64,000 bases of DNA from Escherichia phage P1. Position 1 is the stretch's first letter; each line of letters opens with the position of its first letter. Below are positions 1 to 10,468 of this stretch, piece after piece. The position numbers were made by a program, and so were the translations under genes. A model generated the notes under the pieces. That model saw only the letters and a list, made by a program, of their open reading frames with translations, did not search any database and was not told the origin of the DNA. Location: the sequence record AF234173.1; one strand, given 5' to 3'.

Positions 1-17
1 ACATTATACGAAGTTAT
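1..17. other. loxP: Partial loxP site: last 4 nt of the spacer (ACAT) plus one 13-bp arm TATACGAAGTTAT; the window begins inside the site
   Basis: Exact match to a loxP arm and spacer end; cre lies immediately downstream. Confidence 0.75.
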
Positions 18-435
18 ATTAAGGGTTATTGAATATGATCAATTTACCTGTAAATCCATACAGTTCAATACCTTAGCAGGTCAAATAGTGACCACTTGAT
101 CATTTGATCAAGGTTGCGCTACGTAAAATCTGTGAAAAATTGGCGGTGTTAGTCCTACAGATTTCGCGTAGCGCACTTAGCACCACCAATCAATCAGAGG
201 TGAAAAATGGGATATTCAACTGCTAAAGTGTCCACTCATCTTGAGCTTGAGAAAAACCGTGGTTACTGGCGGGCAAAAGGGTTTGATCGTGATAGTTGCC
301 AACTGTCATTATCGCGCGGTGAAGAGAAAATAGAACGCACGCGCGGTCGCTGGCGTTTCTATGACGAGAACCATAAACAGGTAAAGGCAGAGCCGATCCT
401 GTACACTTTACTTAAAACCATTATCTGAGTGTTAA

Positions 436-1467
436 ATGTCCAATTTACTGACCGTACACCAAAATTTGCCTGCATTACCGGTCGATGCAACGAGTGATGA
501 GGTTCGCAAGAACCTGATGGACATGTTCAGGGATCGCCAGGCGTTTTCTGAGCATACCTGGAAAATGCTTCTGTCCGTTTGCCGGTCGTGGGCGGCATGG
601 TGCAAGTTGAATAACCGGAAATGGTTTCCCGCAGAACCTGAAGATGTTCGCGATTATCTTCTATATCTTCAGGCGCGCGGTCTGGCAGTAAAAACTATCC
701 AGCAACATTTGGGCCAGCTAAACATGCTTCATCGTCGGTCCGGGCTGCCACGACCAAGTGACAGCAATGCTGTTTCACTGGTTATGCGGCGGATCCGAAA
801 AGAAAACGTTGATGCCGGTGAACGTGCAAAACAGGCTCTAGCGTTCGAACGCACTGATTTCGACCAGGTTCGTTCACTCATGGAAAATAGCGATCGCTGC
901 CAGGATATACGTAATCTGGCATTTCTGGGGATTGCTTATAACACCCTGTTACGTATAGCCGAAATTGCCAGGATCAGGGTTAAAGATATCTCACGTACTG
1001 ACGGTGGGAGAATGTTAATCCATATTGGCAGAACGAAAACGCTGGTTAGCACCGCAGGTGTAGAGAAGGCACTTAGCCTGGGGGTAACTAAACTGGTCGA
1101 GCGATGGATTTCCGTCTCTGGTGTAGCTGATGATCCGAATAACTACCTGTTTTGCCGGGTCAGAAAAAATGGTGTTGCCGCGCCATCTGCCACCAGCCAG
1201 CTATCAACTCGCGCCCTGGAAGGGATTTTTGAAGCAACTCATCGATTGATTTACGGCGCTAAGGATGACTCTGGTCAGAGATACCTGGCCTGGTCTGGAC
1301 ACAGTGCCCGTGTCGGAGCCGCGCGAGATATGGCCCGCGCTGGAGTTTCAATACCGGAGATCATGCAAGCTGGTGGCTGGACCAATGTAAATATTGTCAT
1401 GAACTATATCCGTAACCTGGATAGTGAAACAGGGGCAATGGTGCGCCTGCTGGAAGATGGCGATTAG
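436..1467 (+). CDS. cre: Cre tyrosine site-specific recombinase
   Basis: 343-aa ORF, ATG start; protein recognised as Cre (MSNLLTVHQNLPALPVDATSDEVRKNLMDMF...). Confidence 0.97.
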   Translation: MSNLLTVHQNLPALPVDATSDEVRKNLMDMFRDRQAFSEHTWKMLLSVCRSWAAWCKLNNRKWFPAEPEDVRDYLLYLQARGLAVKTIQQHLGQLNMLHRRSGLPRPSDSNAVSLVMRRIRKENVDAGERAKQALAFERTDFDQVRSLMENSDRCQDIRNLAFLGIAYNTLLRIAEIARIRVKDISRTDGGRMLIHIGRTKTLVSTAGVEKALSLGVTKLVERWISVSGVADDPNNYLFCRVRKNGVAAPSATSQLSTRALEGIFEATHRLIYGAKDDSGQRYLAWSGHSARVGAARDMARAGVSIPEIMQAGGWTNVNIVMNYIRNLDSETGAMVRLLEDGD

Positions 1468-1517
1468 CCATTAACGCGTAAATGATTGCTATAATTATTT
1501 GATATTTATGGTGACAT

Positions 1518-1829
1518 ATGAGAAAGGATTTCAACATCGACGGAAAATATGTAGTGCTGTCTGTAAGCACTAATATTCAGTCGCCAGCCGTCATTGTCAC
1601 TGTAAAGCTGAGCGATAGAATGCCTGATATTGACTCAATATCCGTTGCGTTTCCTGTCAAAAGTATGCGTAGTGCTGAACATTTCGTGATGAATGCCACC
1701 GAGGAAGAAGCACGGCGCGGTTTTGCTAAAGTGATGTCTGAGTTTGGCGAACTCTTGGGTAAGGTTAACAATGTCCTTTCAATCAGTTCAGCAAGGTCCA
1801 AAGCGTTAACAGCTTCCATGATGAAATAA
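1518..1829 (+). CDS. cra: Small protein downstream of cre (Cra-like), function unknown
   Basis: 103-aa ORF directly after cre; symbol from memory of the P1 map. Confidence 0.45.
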   Translation: MRKDFNIDGKYVVLSVSTNIQSPAVIVTVKLSDRMPDIDSISVAFPVKSMRSAEHFVMNATEEEARRGFAKVMSEFGELLGKVNNVLSISSARSKALTASMMK

Positions 1830-1835
1830 AAAAAA

Positions 1836-1854
1836 GCCTGGCAAGGAGCCAGGC
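1836..1854. terminator. Hairpin GCCTGGC-aagga-GCCAGGC after cra, preceded by an A8 run
   Basis: Perfect 7-bp stem; no U-tract on + strand, U-tract on - strand. Confidence 0.35.
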
Positions 1855-1961
1855 TGCACAAAAGAGCGGGTTTGTATTCCGCATCCAATCAATCAAGAAG
1901 GAGTATAGCACACAGGTACTGAAGTGAAAAAATGTGATTCGCGATAAACAAAATATCTATC

Positions 1962-1991
1962 ATTGCTCTAATTGATTGCTATAATTGAGCC
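1962..1991 (+). promoter_or_regulatory. Two overlapping C1-operator-like sites (ATTGCTCTAATTGATTG and ATTGCTATAATTGAGCC) with embedded TATAAT; putative ref promoter/operator (Op2)
   Basis: Match to the C1 operator consensus ATTGCTCTAATAAATTT with 3-4 mismatches; the 13-bp GATTGCTATAATT is also present at 1484-1496. Confidence 0.5.
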
Positions 1992-2045
1992 GCAGTTTTT
2001 GTCAACTACGAAGACGTTGCCATTACTTCACTCCTTGACATCATT

Positions 2046-2071
2046 GGCGGCCATTAGGCCGCCTTTTTTTT
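2046..2071 (+). terminator. Intrinsic terminator-like hairpin GGCGGCC-atta-GGCCGCC followed by T8, in the ref leader
   Basis: Perfect GC-rich 7-bp stem plus 8 T; ends 5 nt before the ref ATG. Confidence 0.6.
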
Positions 2072-2076
2072 GCCAT

Positions 2077-2637
2077 ATGAAAACAATCGAACAAAAAATT
2101 GAACAGTGCCGCAAGTGGCAGAAGGCAGCCAGAGAACGAGCGATCGCTCGGCAACGGGAGAAGTTGGCTGATCCGGTCTGGCGAGAATCTCAATATCAGA
2201 AAATGCGGGATACTCTCGACCGCCGTATCGCTAAACAGAAAGAGCGCCCACCAGCCAGCAAAACGCGGAAAAGCGCGGTAAAAATAAAATCTCGTGGCTT
2301 GAAGGGGAGAACACCAACGGCGGAGGAACGGCGCATCGCCAATGCTCTTGGCGCTCTCCCCTGCATTGCCTGCTATATGCATGGAGTAATATCTAATGAG
2401 GTGTCTCTGCACCATATCGCCGGTCGTACCGCGCCGGGTTGTCATAAAAAGCAATTGCCACTTTGTAGATGGCACCACCAGCATGCAGCTCCGGCTGAAG
2501 TAAGAGAAAAATACCCATGGCTGGTCCCTGTTCATGCCGATGGTGTGGTTGGAGGCAAGAAAGAATTCACCTTGCTGAACAAGTCAGAGATGGAGTTACT
2601 GGCTGACGCCTATGAGATGGCAAACATCATGCACTAA
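2077..2637 (+). CDS. ref: Ref recombination enhancement function (HNH-type endonuclease)
   Basis: 186-aa product from ATG 2077; HNH-like motif (HHIAGRTAPGCHKKQLPLCRWHHQ); the longer 221-aa ORF in the track starts at TTG 1972 inside the promoter region. Confidence 0.85.
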   Translation: MKTIEQKIEQCRKWQKAARERAIARQREKLADPVWRESQYQKMRDTLDRRIAKQKERPPASKTRKSAVKIKSRGLKGRTPTAEERRIANALGALPCIACYMHGVISNEVSLHHIAGRTAPGCHKKQLPLCRWHHQHAAPAEVREKYPWLVPVHADGVVGGKKEFTLLNKSEMELLADAYEMANIMH

Positions 2638-2673
2638 TAAATATATTATTTTTAATGATAAATGATTGACAAC

Positions 2674-2685
2674 TGACAAGTGACT
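2674..2685 (+). promoter_or_regulatory. Late-promoter-like motif TGACAAGTGACT upstream of mat
   Basis: Member of a recurrent ACAAGTGACT / AGTCAYTTGTT motif family found 5' of late operons in this window. Confidence 0.3.
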
Positions 2686-2826
2686 TCAGTCAGAATCATC
2701 ACACGCCCGGTACGGATGGATCCCTTTTCAAATATTCCATGGACGGCACAGTCTGAGTACCGGGCGCTACCTTCAGTTGTATTGCTAAGCCGCCGCTGGT
2801 GGCTTTTCTTTTTTGTAGGGGGCGCT

Positions 2827-3468
2827 ATGGATAAGAAAATATGCGTTGTTTCGATGAGCGTCGGCAAACCGGCGTCAATGACTGCTGCATGGATCAATAA
2901 CGAGCTGATAATGGCTGAGCGGACCAGCTACCCTGAACGCCGCCGCGATATGGAACTCCAGCTGCTGCGCGAATTGCGAGAAAAAGAGGAAAAGGGTTTT
3001 ATCGTGCTGGTGGAAGAGGAAAACAGCTTTATTACTGGACGAGTTGGCCAGCGTGTAAGGTTGCGTGATCCCTTCATGAACGGTAGACCGGTACTGATTG
3101 AAGCAATGCAGATTTACAAGGAATTGGAACGCCAGAAAGCGATCAAGTTACCGCGCAAGGAATCCGGCAAATACATCCTCCACCAAAGCATCTTCGATTC
3201 CGAACATGACAAAAAAGGCGATGAATTTTTCAACATCAACTGGAGCGAAATAACGACAGAGCACGTTCTGACGTTGTTATGCTGCTTCGCAACGGAATAC
3301 AACAACGTTGCAAACTCCGACTACATCAGGGCAATGGCTGGAGAAGTTGAGCCACGCCAGGAACCATCGTTACTAAGTCCACTGATTAACATAATTCGCG
3401 GCACACAGAGACTTGCGGAAAAAAGCGTTCCACATGGAATCTTAACTGGAAAGGGAAACTATTTTTAA
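2827..3468 (+). CDS. mat: Mat-like protein (maturation control)
   Basis: ORF with ATG at 2827 preceded by AGGGGG; alternative in-frame starts at 2716 (ATG) and 2680 (GTG). Confidence 0.55.
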   Translation: MDKKICVVSMSVGKPASMTAAWINNELIMAERTSYPERRRDMELQLLRELREKEEKGFIVLVEEENSFITGRVGQRVRLRDPFMNGRPVLIEAMQIYKELERQKAIKLPRKESGKYILHQSIFDSEHDKKGDEFFNINWSEITTEHVLTLLCCFATEYNNVANSDYIRAMAGEVEPRQEPSLLSPLINIIRGTQRLAEKSVPHGILTGKGNYF

Positions 3469-3510
3469 CGACCTGAGCGCCACTTCTTTCAGGTCGTGTT
3501 GGATGTCATA

Positions 3511-3534
3511 AAAAGGAGGTTTTCACCTCCTTTT
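3511..3534. terminator. Bidirectional terminator between convergent mat and res
   Basis: AAAAGGAGGT-tttc-ACCTCCTTTT: stem flanked by A and T runs on both sides. Confidence 0.6.
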
Positions 3535-3543
3535 AAACTGGAA

Positions 3544-6456
3544 TTATGGTAATGCGCTCTTGATTAACTGATAAATATCATCATTAGCAAACTGCGTTTT
3601 GAATTCAACTTTAACAGACTGACTTATTTGATTGAAAAGCGCCTGGGCATGTTCAATTTTCTTTTTTTCTTCAAGCCGTAAACTATCCTTACTATCTACG
3701 TTTTTTGTTTCAATGATAAAGTTAAGATAATCACCTTCTGCTGTTTTTACAACATAAGCAAAATCGGGTGAGTAAGTGTATCCACCAGCTACCGGGATCT
3801 TAATAGAATTCTTCGGTATCTTTGAAAAAACAACAACAGACTGGATCTCTCTATCTGTTATATTACGCCTTTCAAGCTCTGAATCATAAAAAACTTCTTC
3901 AAAAAGATAAGTATCTAATGGTGCTTTTGAATTATCCTGTAATACACCAAGATCACTTGATAATACCTCGTCTAGAGGCTTACCATCAGCATTTGTGAAC
4001 TTTGTGGGATGAATTGAACCCGAAATCAAATTATATCCGAGGCTGAATTTATTAAACGAATTGTTCAACAAATACTTACTAAAACCAGATTTAATTTTTC
4101 TGATTGTTTGAATATTCAGGTATTCAGTGATATTAATAGTGTCTTTTATATCACAAAAAACTTTATGTAAAGTATCGTGTTTAACAAAAATAGTCTGTGA
4201 TAAGTTATCGAGAAACTCTCGATAACTCATTGTGTTTAGCTTAGCAAAGTCATCGTCATCACTAACAATGCTTTTCGACATTGCCATATCATTGTGGATG
4301 TAAATTTTATCAATGCGAGTATGAACGCCTGATTTGGTAAATCGTTCTGTTTCTTCGAGCATGAATGACTTGAAAATGGATAAAAACTCATTTTCACTGT
4401 TTATTTTGTACTCAATCACCGCTTTTTGATTGATTAATTCCCATAGTTCTTTCAGCTCACTGAACTTACCAACACGCATTTTAGTGCGTCTTTTTCCATC
4501 AGTAGCTTTTTTGATTTTACCTGGTTTCACTCCTATAGGGAATGCTGCTGGATATTTGGATTTTAAGCGGCTGTAGGCATCTGAATCTTTGAAATTATCA
4601 TTGTCATCAATGATTTCATCATTGAAAAGTTCATTCATTAGTGCTCTGGATGAAAGCTCAGGATACTGAGCCCTGATTTGTTCCTTAAGCTCTTGAGTAA
4701 ACTTACTTGGAACCCTTTCTTTGAAAGAACTCTCATTGACCTCTTTAACAAGTGAGTCAACAAAATCCTTTTCTGTAAAATCGACATAATATTTAAGGGT
4801 AAAATTGCGGTCTTTCACTCGACACATGTATTCATTCACAGGAAGACGCAAACCGCGCCCTACCTCTTGAAGCTTGGATGTGGTACTACCGCTCGAACGG
4901 AGCTTACAGATCTGAAAGACATTAGGATTATCCCATCCCTCACGCAACGTCCATTTGGAGAAAATGAAACGACGTGGATTATCTAAAGACAGCAAAAGCT
5001 CTTTGTCATGAAGGATTTCGTTGATTTCCTTCTCGATTTTATCATCCTTATCACTGTTATCTTTTGAAAAATAACCGCCATGAACGGAAGATATATCTTT
5101 AACTGTTTTTTCAAGATAGTTACTATAAAACTCATCTTTTTCTATTTTTAACAGTTCATTAGCTTCTGCCAAAACATATTCTTCGAACTTAGCTTTCAAA
5201 CTTCCGGCAATATTATTACCGTCACGATAACCTTCAATATCATCAATAAAGAAAAGAGTAAGAGGCTTTATGCGTGGCCTTTGTGTCAGAAACTCTTTTT
5301 CTAACTTAAAGTGTTCTTTGATAGCTTTCCTCATCATGCTGTCAGCAAGTGTCTGATCGTAAGAATAGGGGTTTATTGAGCAACCAATTTTTAGCTCAAT
5401 ACCATTACTCAACACTACTGTATTCTTGCCTAAGGCATCAAGAGTTAAATCGTGAATAGCACTATGTGTCTTAGATAGAGATTCACCTTTTGTTAACTTA
5501 AATAAAGTTTTCTTGTTATTTTCATTTAGCTCAAATGTAACTTCTTCCCCATCAGATTTAATGAACTTTAGGTTGGCGTCACCATCACCAACAATATCCT
5601 CAATGTACGCATCAATACCTTTAACAAGGTCTTCATTAAATGCATCCACAGCTGTAAGTCGATAAACTAAATTCTTATAGCCTTCACTAAAGGTCGCACC
5701 GTAGCGGATAATATATTGAGCATTAAACTTCTCTATATTTTCCCATGTCTTTTTACCAGTAGGAAATTTATGTGGTTCATCAATGATAATGAATGGTTTT
5801 ACCGCACCAAGAGCTGAAAAGGGAGAATCAAAATGATTGTCAAGCAAGCCAACATCATAAGTGGAATTTAAATTCTTAGAGTGAATCATTCCCGTGTTAA
5901 TAACAAGAACGTGTATATATTTCTTATTGAAATTACTAGCTTCAACAAAATCATGTATAGCTTGAGGCATATACGATTTTGTGCTTTTACCGGCATTTTT
6001 CTGACTTTCAACAACGTAAGTCTTTATTTCACGCTCATAATCATCTCTAAAGTGTTCTTTTAACGCATCGCTTTTCAAAAAGTTCACTGTTCCAGCTTTG
6101 ATCGATAGAGTAGGAACAATAATGATAAACTTATTAATGCCAAATGATTTGTTCAGATCAAAAATTGTTTTAGTGTAGGTATACGTTTTACCTGTACCTG
6201 TCTCCATAGAAACATCAATTACGTTGCTTCTAGCATCGTAATTATTTTTTACATGTTCAATACCATTGAGTTCCTGAACTTTTTTTATATTTTTATAGTA
6301 TTGCTGTTCAGTAAGCCGTAATTCTGGATTAACTAACAGGCGAATAGAAACATTATCCTCCTGATGAGATGTCGCGGAAACAAAAACGTTCATCACCGCA
6401 TCGACACCTGCTTTCTGATGCGGTAAGTTCTTTTCGAATGTGAACCCTTTTGACAT
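3544..6456 (-). CDS. res: Type III restriction enzyme Res subunit (EcoP1I-like)
   Basis: 970-aa AT-rich ORF with helicase-type motifs, ATG at 6456; size and position match P1 res. Confidence 0.93.
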   Translation of the reverse strand: MSKGFTFEKNLPHQKAGVDAVMNVFVSATSHQEDNVSIRLLVNPELRLTEQQYYKNIKKVQELNGIEHVKNNYDARSNVIDVSMETGTGKTYTYTKTIFDLNKSFGINKFIIIVPTLSIKAGTVNFLKSDALKEHFRDDYEREIKTYVVESQKNAGKSTKSYMPQAIHDFVEASNFNKKYIHVLVINTGMIHSKNLNSTYDVGLLDNHFDSPFSALGAVKPFIIIDEPHKFPTGKKTWENIEKFNAQYIIRYGATFSEGYKNLVYRLTAVDAFNEDLVKGIDAYIEDIVGDGDANLKFIKSDGEEVTFELNENNKKTLFKLTKGESLSKTHSAIHDLTLDALGKNTVVLSNGIELKIGCSINPYSYDQTLADSMMRKAIKEHFKLEKEFLTQRPRIKPLTLFFIDDIEGYRDGNNIAGSLKAKFEEYVLAEANELLKIEKDEFYSNYLEKTVKDISSVHGGYFSKDNSDKDDKIEKEINEILHDKELLLSLDNPRRFIFSKWTLREGWDNPNVFQICKLRSSGSTTSKLQEVGRGLRLPVNEYMCRVKDRNFTLKYYVDFTEKDFVDSLVKEVNESSFKERVPSKFTQELKEQIRAQYPELSSRALMNELFNDEIIDDNDNFKDSDAYSRLKSKYPAAFPIGVKPGKIKKATDGKRRTKMRVGKFSELKELWELINQKAVIEYKINSENEFLSIFKSFMLEETERFTKSGVHTRIDKIYIHNDMAMSKSIVSDDDDFAKLNTMSYREFLDNLSQTIFVKHDTLHKVFCDIKDTINITEYLNIQTIRKIKSGFSKYLLNNSFNKFSLGYNLISGSIHPTKFTNADGKPLDEVLSSDLGVLQDNSKAPLDTYLFEEVFYDSELERRNITDREIQSVVVFSKIPKNSIKIPVAGGYTYSPDFAYVVKTAEGDYLNFIIETKNVDSKDSLRLEEKKKIEHAQALFNQISQSVKVEFKTQFANDDIYQLIKSALP

Positions 6457-6502
6457 GATTAGTTCCTTACCACTAAATCTAACTCAATAGATTTTTTGTT
6501 AG

Positions 6503-7697
<1,195 letters not shown>

Positions 7698-9749
7698 TTA
7701 GCATAACTTTTTAGCGCCTCATTAAGCTCCCTTTGTTTTGCACTTTCAAAGTTACAACCATAAAACACGACTTTGTTTGGGGCAAAATCTTCATCTGAAT
7801 CCAGCTTTTGGAGCAACGCTTTCAATGCTTCGCTAGTAAAATTAGGTGCAATCAAATACAGACGGCCATTGCAAAAGTGTGCTGTATAGCCACTAAGATC
7901 AACATCTTCAATAGGTGTTGTTAACAAGCTACCATCATATACACACCATGTAGTCAATAGGGCATCATACTGTTCAGGCGTTAATACCGCATCATCAAAG
8001 AATGTATGATTAGTGAGCGTAAGTTCAGACTCAACTTTTGCTCTAAAGTCATCAATAGTATGAATCACTTTGAAACCTATTTTAGCCGCATTATCACTTG
8101 TGGTTGTGCTTTTTTTAAATACCTCCTGTATCCTTTTTTTTGTTATTTCAAAAATAGATCTATAGCCAAGAGAATAGGCATTCTTTGTTTTATTTATAAC
8201 TTCATCTTTTTGTATGCATATAAAATTCCTACAGCCTGAATCTTTTTCATTTAAATATGCAACAGCTTCTGCTGTCGTACCAGAGCCAGCAAAAAAGTCA
8301 AGAACTAATGAATCCTTTTTTGTTCCTATTTTTACAAGATCGGTTATAAGAGGAACAGGTTTTGGTCCTTCAAATAATTTTGCACCTAAAAGATTTTTAA
8401 GCTCAGTTGTCGCCGTGCTTGTACTATATTCAGGTTTATACCAAATTGATTTTGGCTTTTTAGTTGGTAGCTCTCCAAGAGCAGGCCGCTGTTTTTTATA
8501 GATATTTTTACCATCTTTTATATCTATTACTATTAGATTATAAAACTCATCATTTATTTTTTTCTTTCCCCACGACCATGAAAGCTCTTCACCCGTAGGG
8601 CTTACTGGGTAAAGTACATAGTCATCTTCGTTAAGAGGTTTATCATCATCTGTTACATAAACCTTATTTTCTGAATTGATGAATACCGGAAACCAACCTT
8701 TTGGTCTTGATTTTCTAGAAGCATCTTGGCCAGTACGCTTTAATGTATCAGCTCTTTTAAATAGCCCATATTCATCTTCATCCCACTCTTTTTCAACTTC
8801 ACTTTCATCAATATCGAATTGCCCCAAACTACAAACATCTTTGTTTTTAGCGTATACATATATATATTCATGCGTATCTGAAAAGCCAAAGTTATCATGA
8901 TTGCCTTTGAGATTCATGATTGTAGGGAGTTTTGCAACAAAATTACCTTGCCCAAATACTTCGTCGCATAATAATCCCAACTGTTTATCTTCGTTATCGT
9001 CTATGGAGATGAATATTACTCCATCCTCTTTTAAAAGTTCACGTGCAATATAAAGACGAGGATAAATGAATGTCAGCCATGCACTATGACTGCTTGAACC
9101 CTTGGTGGTAAATTCAAGTATGCGGTTAGCCTCATCAAGCTCGATACCTGCCAGTTCAGAAAGCTGTTCTGGTGTAAACTTGCGATCATCGTTATAGACG
9201 AATCCATCTTTACCCGTATTGTATGGTGGGTCAATGTAAATCATATTCACCTTTTCAGCATAAGCATTAACCATATGCTTCAATACTTCGAGGTTATCCC
9301 CTTTGATTAACAGGTTTTGACTGTTCTTGTTCTCTTCTTGTTGGTTATGTGTTTTATCTTCTGCCAACAACGTTTTCGGTGGTAGATTGGCCAACAAACG
9401 GGCATAAGATTTACCCAGCCAGTTTAAACTGTATGATTCTTTAGAGAGTTCAACCTCCGATGCTCTAATAATCTCAAGCAATTTTTCTTGAATGAAGGCT
9501 CCGTTTTTATCAAAACACTGTGGGAAATTAGCTTTCAACACAGCCAGTTGCTTGCTGTTAGCCGTTTCTACTTCGGAAAAAATCGTTTCTTTTTTCATAT
9601 CCATTTTAAACCAGATCATTTAGCAACAAAGCGCCGCCTCCCCAGCCCGTTAGAGCCAGAAGTTGTGGCACTATCACTATCTATATGTTTGAAGAATCGT
9701 GCTTCTTTGAGCGATGCTCGGTGAGCAAACAGCCATAATTTGGGGAAGT

Positions 9750-9998
9750 TTAATCCGCATTGAGAAGCAATGCATTATCTATGATGATCTGCTCCCATTC
9801 TTCGAATGCCCGGTCACGGACGCCCTGGGGAACACTGTTTGTTTTGAAATCGACGACCGTCCGCCATTTCCCGTCCGGACGGTACATGCGCAGAGCTTTA
9901 CTTCCCCCTTCCCTGCGCACCTCAACGTTATGCTTGTCAGCAAACTCTTGTAATGCTCGTAGCGTCCCATGCTTTACTGTGTAGTATCGCTTTTTCAA
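9750..9998 (-). CDS. lxc: Lxc/Bof-like small protein (C1 co-repressor)
   Basis: 82-aa ORF with TTG start preceded by GGAGA; TTG overlaps the ulx stop (TTGA). Confidence 0.65.
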   Translation of the reverse strand: MKKRYYTVKHGTLRALQEFADKHNVEVRREGGSKALRMYRPDGKWRTVVDFKTNSVPQGVRDRAFEEWEQIIIDNALLLNAD

Positions 9999-10435
9999 GT
10001 TTTCTCTCCAGCCTGTGCCAAGGCTTCAACTTCCAAATCGTAAGACTCAAACTCATAGTCCTGGTCGTCAACTTCTTCAGGGACTGGCAGTAAATGCCAG
10101 GCTGAGTATATCTGACCATTATCAAAACGCTCATGGCTGTAGAGCGTCGCGGCTATGAGTGTTAGCGCCGGGCGGTCATAACGGTAAAATTTGCGAACGT
10201 CACGGTCAACGAGACGACCGAAATTACCATAACCGCGCTCCAGTAATAATTTTTTAATTTCCGGCCAGTATGGGCCATAGCTGCGGTACAGGCGGGGATT
10301 TTTCAGTAATCGCCCGCGTAGCCCTGACAGGAAGAAATCAACGTATTCGTCTTCTGTCTTTCCTAACAATGCCGTACGCAGTACCGCCTCAAGATATGTT
10401 TTATTCGGTTTTATTGTATCAGATAGTGTGGCCAT
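9995..10435 (-). CDS. ulx: Ulx, small protein between darB and lxc
   Basis: 146-aa ORF, ATG start, 33 bp downstream of the darB stop. Confidence 0.55.
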   Translation of the reverse strand: MATLSDTIKPNKTYLEAVLRTALLGKTEDEYVDFFLSGLRGRLLKNPRLYRSYGPYWPEIKKLLLERGYGNFGRLVDRDVRKFYRYDRPALTLIAATLYSHERFDNGQIYSAWHLLPVPEEVDDQDYEFESYDLEVEALAQAGEKT

Positions 10436-10468
10436 ATTATGCGACGCCCGGCGAACCGGGCGCTCCTG

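Noticed and set aside
1577-1888. 103-aa minus-strand ORF mirroring cra
   Set aside because: Exactly antisense to the cra ORF; only one can be coding, and cra is co-oriented with cre and ref.
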